A stretch of 63,544 nt of DNA, counting the filler, from Caldilineae bacterium (GTDB lineage: Bacteria; Chloroflexota; Anaerolineae; DTLA01), in the NCBI GenBank assembly GCA_037446815.1. It is 3 parts of 3 records of this genome, joined end to end, with 100 filler letters (N's around TTAATTAATTAA, not from the genome) between each part and the next. Parts side by side here need not be neighbours in the genome. Positions count along the whole stretch, not along the records: positions 24,895 to 49,485 come from JBBIHX010000032.1; 2 more parts are not named here. The stretch is one strand, 5' to 3'. Below, one piece after another: positions 36,166-46,401 of this stretch. The notes below the pieces were generated by a model. It saw only the letters and a program-made list of their open reading frames with translations, was not told the origin of the DNA and did no database searches. Numbering within the stretch: the first letter of the stretch is position 1; each line of letters opens with the position of its first letter. Both the position numbers and the translations under genes were made by a program.

Positions 36166-38576
36166 CGCACCACCCTCACCTTCGCCAAGAGTGCGCGGTT
36201 GTCCCGCACATGCCCATCGGCATCCACCACGTTCAGGCGAACGCCGGTGGCTGCGTCGTACAGGCCCACTTCCAGCGTGCACACCAGCGCGGGGGCCTCG
36301 TCCTTCACCCGAATCTCGTACCCGTCGCGGACGATTTGCCCCGCCCGCCACGTGGACGTGGGGGCAAGCCCGCCCTGCGGCATGCTGTCCTGCTGGCCCC
36401 AGATGTCGGCCCCTTCGCCCAGCAGGTGGACGAACACGGTGTAGTCCTTGCCCACCGGCGCAAGCGCCTTCCAGTACAGTGTAACGCGAATCGTGTCGCC
36501 GGGGGCCGCCGCCCGCCGATCCACCTCATACCCCACCAGCGCGATCTTGTCCTCAAACCGCACGTCCTGCGGGTTGGGCACGTCGCCCGGGTTGGGCCGC
36601 ACCTCCACCGCGCCAAAGCGGATGGCGTCGCCCAGCGATTGGCCGCTCTCGGCGTATGCCGGGAGCCGACGCCCATCGGACGGCGCGAAGAGCCCCACCT
36701 CCCACACGGCCTTGTCGGGCGCGTAGGCCGTCTGCGGCAAGGCCAGGAGCACGCGGTCGGCGTAGATCGCGCCGGGCTCCCAGGATCGCGTGGGGCACCC
36801 GCCCATGCACGGCACGCCGTCGCGCTGCGCGATGACGATGTCATGCTCGCCCAGCAGGTGCACGAAGGCGTACAGGTCTTCGCCCACGGACTCAGAAGCC
36901 TGCCAGTACAGGGTAATCGCCAAAGGCTGGCCCGGGCGCACCTCCTCGGCCTCCGCCTCGTAGCCCAGGAGTCGGATTGCCGACCCAAACCGCACGGCCA
37001 GGGGCGTCGCCGACGCGGGCAGCGCCTCCACCGTCTGCGCGGCGCTGCGCGGAATCACGCGGCGATAGACCGTTACCGGCCCGCCCCAGAATCGGTCATC
37101 CTGGAACTGTTGCACGGGGGCGTAGGCCGCGCGGAACCACTCGTCGCGGCGGATGTCGTAGGAATACAGCGGATTGACCTCGGTCAGCGCCACGTAGTCG
37201 GGCTGATAGTGGAACAGCGCCCAGGCCACATCGCCACGGGCCAGCGCCTGGGCCACCGGCGGCCGCAGGAGGCCCAGGAAGTCCACCATGCGCCGCCCGG
37301 CGTAGTAGCCCATGACGCCAACCTCGGTTACGCCCACATCGGCGCCGGCGGGGGTATTGGCCGCCAGCCACTCGCCCACCCGGCGGTACACGGCGGTCTT
37401 GACCTCGGGCAGGGCCTTGTAGTCCGGGCGGTCGGGCGAGATGAGCGCCTCCGTCCTCATCGCCTCGGCGATGCGGTAATCCGAAATCCCCTGCGCCACA
37501 AGGAGCGCCGCCGCGAGCATTGCCACAGCGCCCCATCGCGCCGCCGCGCCGCGCCCGCCCCGGCCTACCCATGCGACGCCCAGCCCGGCCAGCAGCACAC
37601 CGGCGGGCACGAACGGCGCGTAGTACCAGTGATACGGCGCGACGCGGAGCACATGATACCCGACCCCGTACAGCGCTGCCCACAGCACAATCCACAGCGC
37701 CCACCGCTCGCGCCACGCCGCCACCCCAAGCCCGCCGACCGCCGCCAACGCCAGGAGCGCGTACAGCGGCGTCTGCGCAAGCCAAGCCTTCGCCAGAATC
37801 AGCGCCCCCTGCGCGAAGGTCGTCCCCGCGTAGAACCCTGTAACGCCCAGGGCCGTTTGGGCGCTCTTGGCCCCCAACGTAACCGGCACGGGCGAGCCGA
37901 AGTACCACGTGAGCCAGGCCAGCACCGGCGCCAGCACAGCCGGGTACACCAGCGCGGGCCGCCCGAAGCCGCCCCACAGCCGCCGCGCCACGCCGCCCTG
38001 CCCCCCACGCACCGCCCGAATGCCCGCATGGAGAAACACCACGCCCGCGGGAATCGCCCCGTCAAACCGCGTGAGCGTGGCAAGCGCCAGCGGAATCGCC
38101 GCCCACGTCGTGCGCCCCGCGAAGTGCAGGTAGAATCCCAGCAACGCTAGGAACAAGTAGAGCGGGACTTCAAACCCCAGGCTCAGCCACAGGAGCGGGA
38201 AGGCGGCGTAGAGCGCGCCCGCCACGACGCCCGCCGTCGGCTGCCCGAACCGCCGCGCCATGCGGTACACAATCCATGCCCCGCCCCAAATGCACAGGAC
38301 GCCGATGGCGTTGCTCAGGGCGGGCAGATTGGCCGTGAGCAGTCGCCCCGCCGCCAGCAGGAGCGCGTACAGCGGCGTCGTCGTGCTCAGGATGCGCTCG
38401 CCCTCGTTGTACACGAACCCGCGCCCCGTCGCCAGGTTCTCGGCGTAGCGGTACGTGATAAATGGATCGTCCAGGGCCATGCCGCGCAACGCCCAGCCGA
38501 TGCCCAGAGCGATGGCGGCAAAGAGCAGCGGAGCGGCGACATCCGCGGGCCTTCGCTTGGCGGAGGCGGGAATCAT
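36162..38576 (-). CDS. GT-C-like membrane glycosyltransferase with two C-terminal beta-sandwich repeats
   Basis: DDPFITYRYAENLATGRGFVYNEGE...TTPLY and LTRFDG, plus a TM bundle. Confidence 0.65.
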   Translation of the reverse strand: MIPASAKRRPADVAAPLLFAAIALGIGWALRGMALDDPFITYRYAENLATGRGFVYNEGERILSTTTPLYALLLAAGRLLTANLPALSNAIGVLCIWGGAWIVYRMARRFGQPTAGVVAGALYAAFPLLWLSLGFEVPLYLFLALLGFYLHFAGRTTWAAIPLALATLTRFDGAIPAGVVFLHAGIRAVRGGQGGVARRLWGGFGRPALVYPAVLAPVLAWLTWYFGSPVPVTLGAKSAQTALGVTGFYAGTTFAQGALILAKAWLAQTPLYALLALAAVGGLGVAAWRERWALWIVLWAALYGVGYHVLRVAPYHWYYAPFVPAGVLLAGLGVAWVGRGGRGAAARWGAVAMLAAALLVAQGISDYRIAEAMRTEALISPDRPDYKALPEVKTAVYRRVGEWLAANTPAGADVGVTEVGVMGYYAGRRMVDFLGLLRPPVAQALARGDVAWALFHYQPDYVALTEVNPLYSYDIRRDEWFRAAYAPVQQFQDDRFWGGPVTVYRRVIPRSAAQTVEALPASATPLAVRFGSAIRLLGYEAEAEEVRPGQPLAITLYWQASESVGEDLYAFVHLLGEHDIVIAQRDGVPCMGGCPTRSWEPGAIYADRVLLALPQTAYAPDKAVWEVGLFAPSDGRRLPAYAESGQSLGDAIRFGAVEVRPNPGDVPNPQDVRFEDKIALVGYEVDRRAAAPGDTIRVTLYWKALAPVGKDYTVFVHLLGEGADIWGQQDSMPQGGLAPTSTWRAGQIVRDGYEIRVKDEAPALVCTLEVGLYDAATGVRLNVVDADGHVRDNRALLAKVRVVR

Positions 38577-39745
38577 GGCCGGTCTCCCCCGACGAGCGCC
38601 TCGTACAGGGCCAGCGAGTCGCGGGCGATGCGATCCCACGCGAAGAGGCGCGAGAGCCGCCGTGCCCCCTCGCCCAGGCGCGCGCGCAGGCCCGCGTGGT
38701 CGGCCACCCGCGCGATGGCCTCGGCCAGGTCGGCGGGCTGGTCGGGCGGCACAAGGATGACGTTCTCCTCGGGCACCAATTCCGGCAGGTGCACGCGCGG
38801 CACCGTGGTAACGACGGGCACGCCATGGGCCAGCGCCGCCATCAGGCTACCGCGGCGGAAGGACGCGCCGTCGGAATAGGGCAGCACGGCCATATCGGCC
38901 ACGGCGAAGGCAGCCGAAACCTCCTCCGGCGGGAGGAATCCGGTCCAGACGACGCGGTCGGCCACCCCCTCGCGGGCGATGACGTTCTCCACGTGGCGGG
39001 CGAATTCGCGGTTCGTGGGATCGCTGGCGCCGACCTTGCCGCCAATCATCAGCAGGCGCACGGGCCGCCCATGCTTGGCCAGTTGGCCGACGGCGGCGAT
39101 GAGCGTGTCCCCGCCTTTGGTGGCATTCAGGAAGCCGAAGTAGGCCAGCACCAAATCGGCCGGCGACAGGCCCCATTTGGCCCGCCATGCCCCGCGCTCA
39201 AACCCCTGGGGCAGGCGCGGCGCGATATTGCTGCCGATGGGGATACGATGCGGCGCGCGGGAAACCCCCAGGTCGCCAAAGGCCAGTTCGTCCTCGCGGT
39301 TGGTAACGATGGCCGCGTCGCAATCCCGCGCCAATCGGGCCACGGCCCAGCGACGCGCGCGCCCCGCCTTCGGGAACAGGTAGGGCAACTTCAGGTCGTG
39401 AAACGTAACCGCGCGGCGCACTCGGGGCGCTCCCATCCGCAGATATGCCGGCAACAGGTGAATCGGCAGGCCCATCCCATAGGCCGCCGCCTGGTACTGG
39501 ACGTGCACCACATCGGCACCCCACGACGCCCCGACTCCCGCCACGGCCCCCAGGCTGGACCATCCCCAGCGGCGCACCGCGGGATAGACCGCCACGCGGG
39601 AATCGTCCAGCGCAGCGGCGCGCGCCGACGTGATGACCGCCACCGTCGCCCCCAAGTCGGCCAGGGCGCGCGCCAGGGTCGCCGTGTAGTCGCCCACGCC
39701 GCCCTGCATGGGTGGGAATTCGCCCGTAACGAACAGCACCCTCAT
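38573..39745 (-). CDS. GT4 glycosyltransferase
   Basis: FPPMQGGVGDY and ADMAVLPY...GSLMAALAHGVPVV. Confidence 0.85.
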   Translation of the reverse strand: MRVLFVTGEFPPMQGGVGDYTATLARALADLGATVAVITSARAAALDDSRVAVYPAVRRWGWSSLGAVAGVGASWGADVVHVQYQAAAYGMGLPIHLLPAYLRMGAPRVRRAVTFHDLKLPYLFPKAGRARRWAVARLARDCDAAIVTNREDELAFGDLGVSRAPHRIPIGSNIAPRLPQGFERGAWRAKWGLSPADLVLAYFGFLNATKGGDTLIAAVGQLAKHGRPVRLLMIGGKVGASDPTNREFARHVENVIAREGVADRVVWTGFLPPEEVSAAFAVADMAVLPYSDGASFRRGSLMAALAHGVPVVTTVPRVHLPELVPEENVILVPPDQPADLAEAIARVADHAGLRARLGEGARRLSRLFAWDRIARDSLALYEALVGGDRP

Positions 39746-40719
39746 CGCAGCCCCGACCTCACCACCTGCCAATATGCGGCGATGCGCTCGGCCCGCAGCG
39801 CTCGCCGATGGCCCAGGAGCCACTTGCCGCCCTCCTCGGCCAGCATCCAGAGATACGTGCCGAGAAGGAACAGCCGCAGAATCTCGCCCCGCGCCGCGCC
39901 GAAATGCTTGGCGAAATAGGCCACCTTGCTCCGCTGAAAGTGGATGTGCTTGGCGGCAACCACCTGCTCGCTGCTCTTGCCGCCGTAGTGGACGATGGCG
40001 GCCTGGGGCAGGTACACCACGCGCCAGCCGGCCCGCTTGGCCCGCAGGCACCAGTCCATCTCCTCGGAGTACATGAAGAAGCGCTCGTCCAGCCCGCCTA
40101 CCTGCTGCACCACTTCGGCGCGGGCCATCAGGCATGCCCCTTCCAGCCAATCCACATCCTGCTCCTGGTCGTCGGGCCTGTCCCACATGTAGTAGCGCGC
40201 CAGCAGGGGATGGCGCGGGAACCACCGCTGCAAGCACGTGCTCTCCACGAACGCCGTGCCGTAGGTGGGGAAGCGGCGGCGCGAGGGCTGCAGGCCGCCG
40301 TCGGGCGTCAGGATGCGCGGGCCGACGATGCCCACATCGGGGTGCGCGTCCAGGTAGTCGGCCATCGTGGCAAGGGCGTCGCCCACGATTTCGGTATCGG
40401 GATTCAGCAGGAGCACCGCGCGCCCCCGACAACGGGCCAGCCCCTGATTGTTCCCCCGCGTGAACCCCACGTTCTCGCTGTTGGCGATGAGGCCCACCCG
40501 CGGGAACATCTCGCGCACCATGTCGGCGCTCCCGTCGGACGACGCGCTATCTACAACCCAAACCTCCAACGTGCGGCCGCTGGCGGGTTCGCCGTCAGGG
40601 GACACCAGCGTCCAGCCTGGAGCGGGAAGGAGCGAGTGCAGGCACTTCTCCAGCAGCGCCCTCACGTTCCAGTTGACAATGACTACGGATAGATCCACGT
40701 CTCCGCTCATGGTAGCCAT
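39742..40719 (-). CDS. GT2 glycosyltransferase (WbbL/rhamnosyltransferase-like)
   Basis: VIVNWN, DSASSDGS, LLNPD and FFMYSEEMDWC. Confidence 0.85.
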   Translation of the reverse strand: MATMSGDVDLSVVIVNWNVRALLEKCLHSLLPAPGWTLVSPDGEPASGRTLEVWVVDSASSDGSADMVREMFPRVGLIANSENVGFTRGNNQGLARCRGRAVLLLNPDTEIVGDALATMADYLDAHPDVGIVGPRILTPDGGLQPSRRRFPTYGTAFVESTCLQRWFPRHPLLARYYMWDRPDDQEQDVDWLEGACLMARAEVVQQVGGLDERFFMYSEEMDWCLRAKRAGWRVVYLPQAAIVHYGGKSSEQVVAAKHIHFQRSKVAYFAKHFGAARGEILRLFLLGTYLWMLAEEGGKWLLGHRRALRAERIAAYWQVVRSGLR

Positions 40720-40802
40720 TAGCCATCAGCATTCAGCGGTCAGCCAATACCGACTTGACAATCGCGGATGCTGATTGCTGATCGCTGACCGCTGACCGCT
40801 GC
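40720..40802. repeat. Heptamer (GCTGANC-like) inverted tandem repeats
   Basis: CAGC-containing units are followed by GCTGATT GCTGATC GCTGACC GCTGACC. Confidence 0.6.
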
Positions 40803-41770
40803 TACACACGGCGCGCAACGACATAGTCCGCCAATTGGGCGAGGATGTCGCGGGACGGGCAGGCGGGCAATCCATCCAGCACCTCGCGGCACTTGCGGAC
40901 GTATTCGGCAGCCTCTTCCAGCGCCCCGTCAACAGCCCCCGAGGCGACGATGGCGCCCACAGCCTGCTGCACGGCCTGCGGATCGCCCTGGGCAGCGCGC
41001 CGCACCAGCGCCTCGGCTTCCGCATCCCGCGCCTGTTCCAAGTAGCGCAGGGCAGGCAGGGTAACGATGCCCTGGCTCAGGTCACTGCCCACGGGCTTGC
41101 CCAGTTCCGACGGGTCTCCCACGTAGTCCAGCACGTCGTCCACGATTTGGAAGGCCATGCCCAGGTTGTGGCCGTAACTGCGGATGAGGGCCACCTTGTC
41201 GGGCGGGGCCGCGCTGAGCACCGCGCCCACCTCCGCCGACGCCGCGAACAGCGACGCGGTCTTGCTGTAGATGCGCTTGTCATAGGCCTCGCGTGTCGGC
41301 GGCCACGTGCGGTCGGCCAGCAACTGGCGCAATTCGCCGTTGCAGATGGTCATCAGCGCCCGCGAGAAAATCTGCACCACGGGCACGCTATCGGTCTCGG
41401 CGGCCAGCGACGCCGACACCGCGAACATGTAGTCGCCGGTGAGGACGGTCGCCTCGCCGCTCCACTGGCTGTTCAGGGTAGGATGGCCTCGGCGCGTGTT
41501 GGCGCGGTCAATCATGTCATCGTGCACCAGGGTGGCCGTGTGGAGCATCTCAATGGCCGCGGCAGCCGAGATGACCTTGTCGGCCTGGGGCGCGTAGAAC
41601 TGCGATCCCAGGATGGCCACAGCGGGGCGAAGGCGTTTGCCCCCCGCGCGCAGTAGGCTCTGCACCGCCGTCCTCAGCAGGGGAAACTCCACGTCGGAGG
41701 CGCGGAACAGCCGCTGCTCCACCTTCTCCATGTCGGCGCGTATCGGTTCCAGGAAGGGCAGAAGGTTCAA
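40802..41770 (-). CDS. Polyprenyl diphosphate synthase (HepT/IspB-like)
   Basis: GGKRLRP, HDDMID...RRG, KTASLF and FQIVDDVLD. Confidence 0.9.
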   Translation of the reverse strand: MNLLPFLEPIRADMEKVEQRLFRASDVEFPLLRTAVQSLLRAGGKRLRPAVAILGSQFYAPQADKVISAAAAIEMLHTATLVHDDMIDRANTRRGHPTLNSQWSGEATVLTGDYMFAVSASLAAETDSVPVVQIFSRALMTICNGELRQLLADRTWPPTREAYDKRIYSKTASLFAASAEVGAVLSAAPPDKVALIRSYGHNLGMAFQIVDDVLDYVGDPSELGKPVGSDLSQGIVTLPALRYLEQARDAEAEALVRRAAQGDPQAVQQAVGAIVASGAVDGALEEAAEYVRKCREVLDGLPACPSRDILAQLADYVVARRV

Positions 41771-41785
41771 AGGATTTCCTCTCCA

Positions 41786-41884
41786 CAGCGATCAGCCATT
41801 CGCGTTCAGCGATCAGCCTTTCGTGGTGCGCATCCGCTATCTTTCGCCGACCGCTGACTGCCGATCGCTGACTGCTGATCGCTC
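41786..41884. repeat. Heptamer inverted tandem repeats overlapping the TatD 3' end
   Basis: CAGCGAT CAGCCAT...CAGCGAT CAGCCT opposite GCTGACT GCCGATC GCTGACT GCTGATC. Confidence 0.6.
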
Positions 41885-42682
41885 TATGATTAGCCCAAAC
41901 AGCCGCGCCGCGTTGGCCGTTGTGGCGCGCGCGACCTCGGCCACAGGCAGCCCCCGCGCGCGGGCCACCGCCTCGGCCACCAGCGCCACATACGCCGGCT
42001 CGTTGCGCTTGCCCCGATGCGGATGCGGCGCCAGGAACGGGCAATCGGTCTCAATGAGCAGTTTGTCCAACGGCAAGGCCGCCGCGATTTCCGGCAGTTT
42101 GCGCGCATTGGCGTAGGTAATCGGCCCTGCGATGGAGATGAGAAACCCCAACTCCACCGCCTCCAACGCCATCTCCAGGCTGCCCGAGAAGCAGTGCAGC
42201 ACGCCCTTCTCGGGCAGCGGCAACGTTCCCGCCCACCCGCGCAGGATGGCCATGACCTCGCCGTGGGCGTCGCGGTCGTGCACGATAATCGGCTTGCGCA
42301 GTCGCGCCGCCAAGTCCAACTGTGCCTCAAAGGCCTGGCGCTGCGCGGGCCTCGGCGACAGGTCGCGGTAGAAATCCAGCCCGATTTCGCCGATGGCCAC
42401 GACTCTCGGCGCGCGCGCCAGCGCCTCCAACTCGGCCAGGGCGCTCGCGGTGAGGCCTTTCGCGTCGTGGGGGTGCACGCCCACCGCCGCGAAGATGCGC
42501 GCGTGCGTCTGCGCCAATTCTACCCCGGCCCGGCTGGAGGGCAAATCCGCCCCCGCGTTCACGATGGCCACAAGCCCCGCGGCCCAGGCGCGATCCAGAA
42601 CCCGCGCGCGATCCCCGTCAAATGCATCAAAGTCCAGGTGCGCGTGGGCATCCACCAGCGCCGGATTCGGCCGCTCGCTCAC
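41837..42682 (-). CDS. tatD: TatD-family deoxyribonuclease
   Basis: DAHAH, GVHPH, GEIGLD, HDRDA, HCFSG and ETDCP. Confidence 0.9.
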   Translation of the reverse strand: MSERPNPALVDAHAHLDFDAFDGDRARVLDRAWAAGLVAIVNAGADLPSSRAGVELAQTHARIFAAVGVHPHDAKGLTASALAELEALARAPRVVAIGEIGLDFYRDLSPRPAQRQAFEAQLDLAARLRKPIIVHDRDAHGEVMAILRGWAGTLPLPEKGVLHCFSGSLEMALEAVELGFLISIAGPITYANARKLPEIAAALPLDKLLIETDCPFLAPHPHRGKRNEPAYVALVAEAVARARGLPVAEVARATTANAARLFGLIIERSAVSDRQSAVGER

Positions 42683-42691
42683 GCCGCCTCC

Positions 42692-44137
42692 CTAGCGTTT
42701 CAGGCCCGTGAGGCGAAGCCCCTCGCTCAACAGGTCCTGCACCTTGTCGGCGCGGGTCGTCTCGCAGTACACGCGCAGGATCGGCTCGGTGCCCGAGAAC
42801 CGAATGAGCGCCCAGCCACCGTCCTCCAGGTCCATCTTGAACCCGTCGCGGGTGTCCAGGCCCACCACCTTCATCCCGGCCAGCGTCGCGGGGATGTGAT
42901 CCCGCACCCGCGCGATGATGGCTTGCTTCTGCTCGGCGGGGAAGGTGGCGTCTATGCGATCGTAGAAGTGCGGGCCGACCAGCGAGTACAGGTAGTCAAT
43001 CAACTCCGACGGCTTCTTGCCGGTCTGCACCATCAAGTCCAGGATAAACAGCCCGGCGAGGATGCCATCGCGCTCGGGGATATGGCCGCGGAACCCGAAC
43101 CCGCCGCTCTCCTCCCCGCCCATGATGGCGTCCTTCTCAATCATAGCCGGGCCCACGTATTTGAACCCCACGGGCGTGCGGATGACCTCCAGGCCGTAGC
43201 GGGCGGCCAGTTTGTCGGCCATGACGGTCGTCGTGATGGAGCGCACCACCGGCCCGCGCCACCCGCGCACTTCCAACAGGTACAGGAGCAGGAGCGCGTA
43301 CACCTGCAACTGGTTGATGAACGTGCCGTGCTCGTCCATCACGCCGATGCGGTCGGCGTCGCCATCGTTGGCCAGGCCGACGTCGGCGCGGCGGTCGCGG
43401 ATGGCGTCGGCCAAGGCGCGCAGGTTGTGGCCGATGGGCTCCGGATGATCCAGCCCCGGGAACAGCGGGTTGCGCTCCGCGTGAATCTGGAACACGCGCG
43501 TTGCGCCGCCGTCCAGCAGCCGCGGGAAGTAACCCATCCCCGCGCCGTACATGGCGTCCACAACGATGTTCAGCCCGGCGGCCTTGATGGGCGCCAGGTC
43601 CACCATGCGGGCCACCTGCGCGAAATACGCGGGCGTGGGGTCAAACATCTCCACCAGTCCCTTGCGCCGGGCCTCGTCCAGGGGCATGCGCCGCACGGAA
43701 TCCTTCCCCGCCTGGACGGCGTCAATGCGCTCTTCCAGGGCGGTCACAACCTCCGGAGAAGCGGAGCCCGCGTACTCGGGCTTGTACTTGAAGCCGTTCC
43801 AGATGCCCGGGTTGTGGCTGGCGGTGATGACGACCGCGCCGGCGGCTTTGCGGTCCAGGATGCCCCACGAGACGACCGGCGTGGGCGCGAAGCGGTCGCA
43901 CAGGTACGCCTTCACGCCGTTGGCCGCGGCGACCTCGGCTACCGCCGCCGCGAACTCCTCTGATTGGAACCGCGTGTCATACCCGATCACCAGGCCCTGT
44001 TGGGCCACGCCGCGGTCCAGCAGGTAGCGCGCCACCGACTGGGCGCACACGCGGACATTGTCAAAGGTGTAGTCCTCGGCGATGATCGCCCGCCAACCGT
44101 CCGTCCCGAATTTGATCTTGGTCGTCATGTCGTGCAC
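42692..44137 (-). CDS. Phosphoglucomutase/phosphomannomutase
   Basis: FGTDGWR, TASHNP, DGDADR, GEESG and RFSGTEP. Confidence 0.92.
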   Translation of the reverse strand: MHDMTTKIKFGTDGWRAIIAEDYTFDNVRVCAQSVARYLLDRGVAQQGLVIGYDTRFQSEEFAAAVAEVAAANGVKAYLCDRFAPTPVVSWGILDRKAAGAVVITASHNPGIWNGFKYKPEYAGSASPEVVTALEERIDAVQAGKDSVRRMPLDEARRKGLVEMFDPTPAYFAQVARMVDLAPIKAAGLNIVVDAMYGAGMGYFPRLLDGGATRVFQIHAERNPLFPGLDHPEPIGHNLRALADAIRDRRADVGLANDGDADRIGVMDEHGTFINQLQVYALLLLYLLEVRGWRGPVVRSITTTVMADKLAARYGLEVIRTPVGFKYVGPAMIEKDAIMGGEESGGFGFRGHIPERDGILAGLFILDLMVQTGKKPSELIDYLYSLVGPHFYDRIDATFPAEQKQAIIARVRDHIPATLAGMKVVGLDTRDGFKMDLEDGGWALIRFSGTEPILRVYCETTRADKVQDLLSEGLRLTGLKR

Positions 44138-44207
44138 CTCGTTATGCGGTGTTCAGAATCCCCGAAGGGGCAGGTCTGAGACCTACCGCCCCCGTCCCCG
44201 GCGAGGA

Positions 44208-45188
<981 letters not shown>

Positions 45189-46145
45189 CTATGAAACAAC
45201 CTTCCCTCTCCAATACTCCAGCACATCCAGCAGGCTCTGCTCAAAGGGAATCTGCGGCTCCCAGCCGGTGCATTCCCGCAGGCGCGTGCAGTCGGCGACG
45301 ACGGACGGGATGTCCGACGGGCGCATGCGCTCCGGGTCCTGCTCCACCCGAATGCGCACCAGCGCCAGCGACAGCAGGACATCCAGCACCTCCTGCACCA
45401 TGCGCGCCTGGCCCGAGCCGACGTTGTACACCTCGCCCGACTCACCCTTCTCCATGAGCAGCGTATAGGCGCGCACCACGTCACGCACGTCGCTGAAGTC
45501 GCGCTTGGCCCGCAGATTGCCGACCCTGATGACGGGCGCGCGCACGCCCGCTTCAGCCTCGGCAATCTGCTTTGCGAAGTCGGGGGCGACAAACCCCAAG
45601 CCCTGGCGCGGCCCGATGTGATTAAACGGCCGGACGCGCACCACGTCCAGTTCGTTGCTCAGGTGATACTGGAGGCCCAGCATGTCCTGCGCGATCTTGC
45701 TCACCGCATACGGGCTCATCGGGCGGAACGGGTTGGTCTCCCGAACGGGCACCTCGTCGGGGTACACCAGGCCGTACTCCTCGCTGGAGCCGATGACCAA
45801 CAGGCGCGCGTGGGACTTGGCCCGCACCATCGCTTCCAGGATGTTCAACTGGGCGCGGATGTTGTTGGCCAGGGTGAACCACGGGTCTTTGCGCGACAGG
45901 TGTACCACGGGCTGCGCGGCCAGGTGGAAGATGCAATCGGGCTTGGCCTGCTCCACCAGCCGCGCGACCGCCTCCGCGTCGGATAAGTCCAGCGGATACA
46001 GTTCCAGTTGGCTCTGAATGTGCGCGATATTGTCGGTAGGGCCATGCACGGTACCGGCAACCTTCCATGGCCGGTTCTGGAGGAGATATTCGGCCAGGTG
46101 GCTGCCGACAAAGCCGGATATGCCTGTGATCAGCGCCTTCAACAC
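45189..46145 (-). CDS. rmd: GDP-4-keto-6-deoxy-D-mannose reductase (GDP-D-rhamnose synthesis)
   Basis: SDR motifs GISGFVG, GSSEEYG, YAVSK, RPFNHIGPRQ and RDFSDVRD. Adjacent to gmd. Confidence 0.7.
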   Translation of the reverse strand: MLKALITGISGFVGSHLAEYLLQNRPWKVAGTVHGPTDNIAHIQSQLELYPLDLSDAEAVARLVEQAKPDCIFHLAAQPVVHLSRKDPWFTLANNIRAQLNILEAMVRAKSHARLLVIGSSEEYGLVYPDEVPVRETNPFRPMSPYAVSKIAQDMLGLQYHLSNELDVVRVRPFNHIGPRQGLGFVAPDFAKQIAEAEAGVRAPVIRVGNLRAKRDFSDVRDVVRAYTLLMEKGESGEVYNVGSGQARMVQEVLDVLLSLALVRIRVEQDPERMRPSDIPSVVADCTRLRECTGWEPQIPFEQSLLDVLEYWRGKVVS

Positions 46146-46189
46146 GTCCTCCGAGTGGCGGGCCTTGCTGCCCAAGAAACAGCACGCGC

Positions 46190-46218
46190 ATTATACTTCA
46201 GTCGGGCCTCAACTGCAA
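46190..46218 (-). promoter_or_regulatory. sigma70-like promoter of the rmd-gmd operon
   Basis: TTGCAG-17 nt-TATAAT. Confidence 0.6.
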
Positions 46219-46401
46219 GAAGCGGCGCGGCTGGTGGGGTCATTCGCCGGAGAGAAACACGGAGATTGCAGAGGGCATATGGGATGTTGCCATGCCGCGT
46301 GGGGGCAGGTTGTAGTGGGGCAGGTCTGAGACCTGCTCCACTAGCCCTTACAACAGCATTTCTCATACACTCGCGCGGATTCGCGGCTCGGCCTGGCACC
46401 C

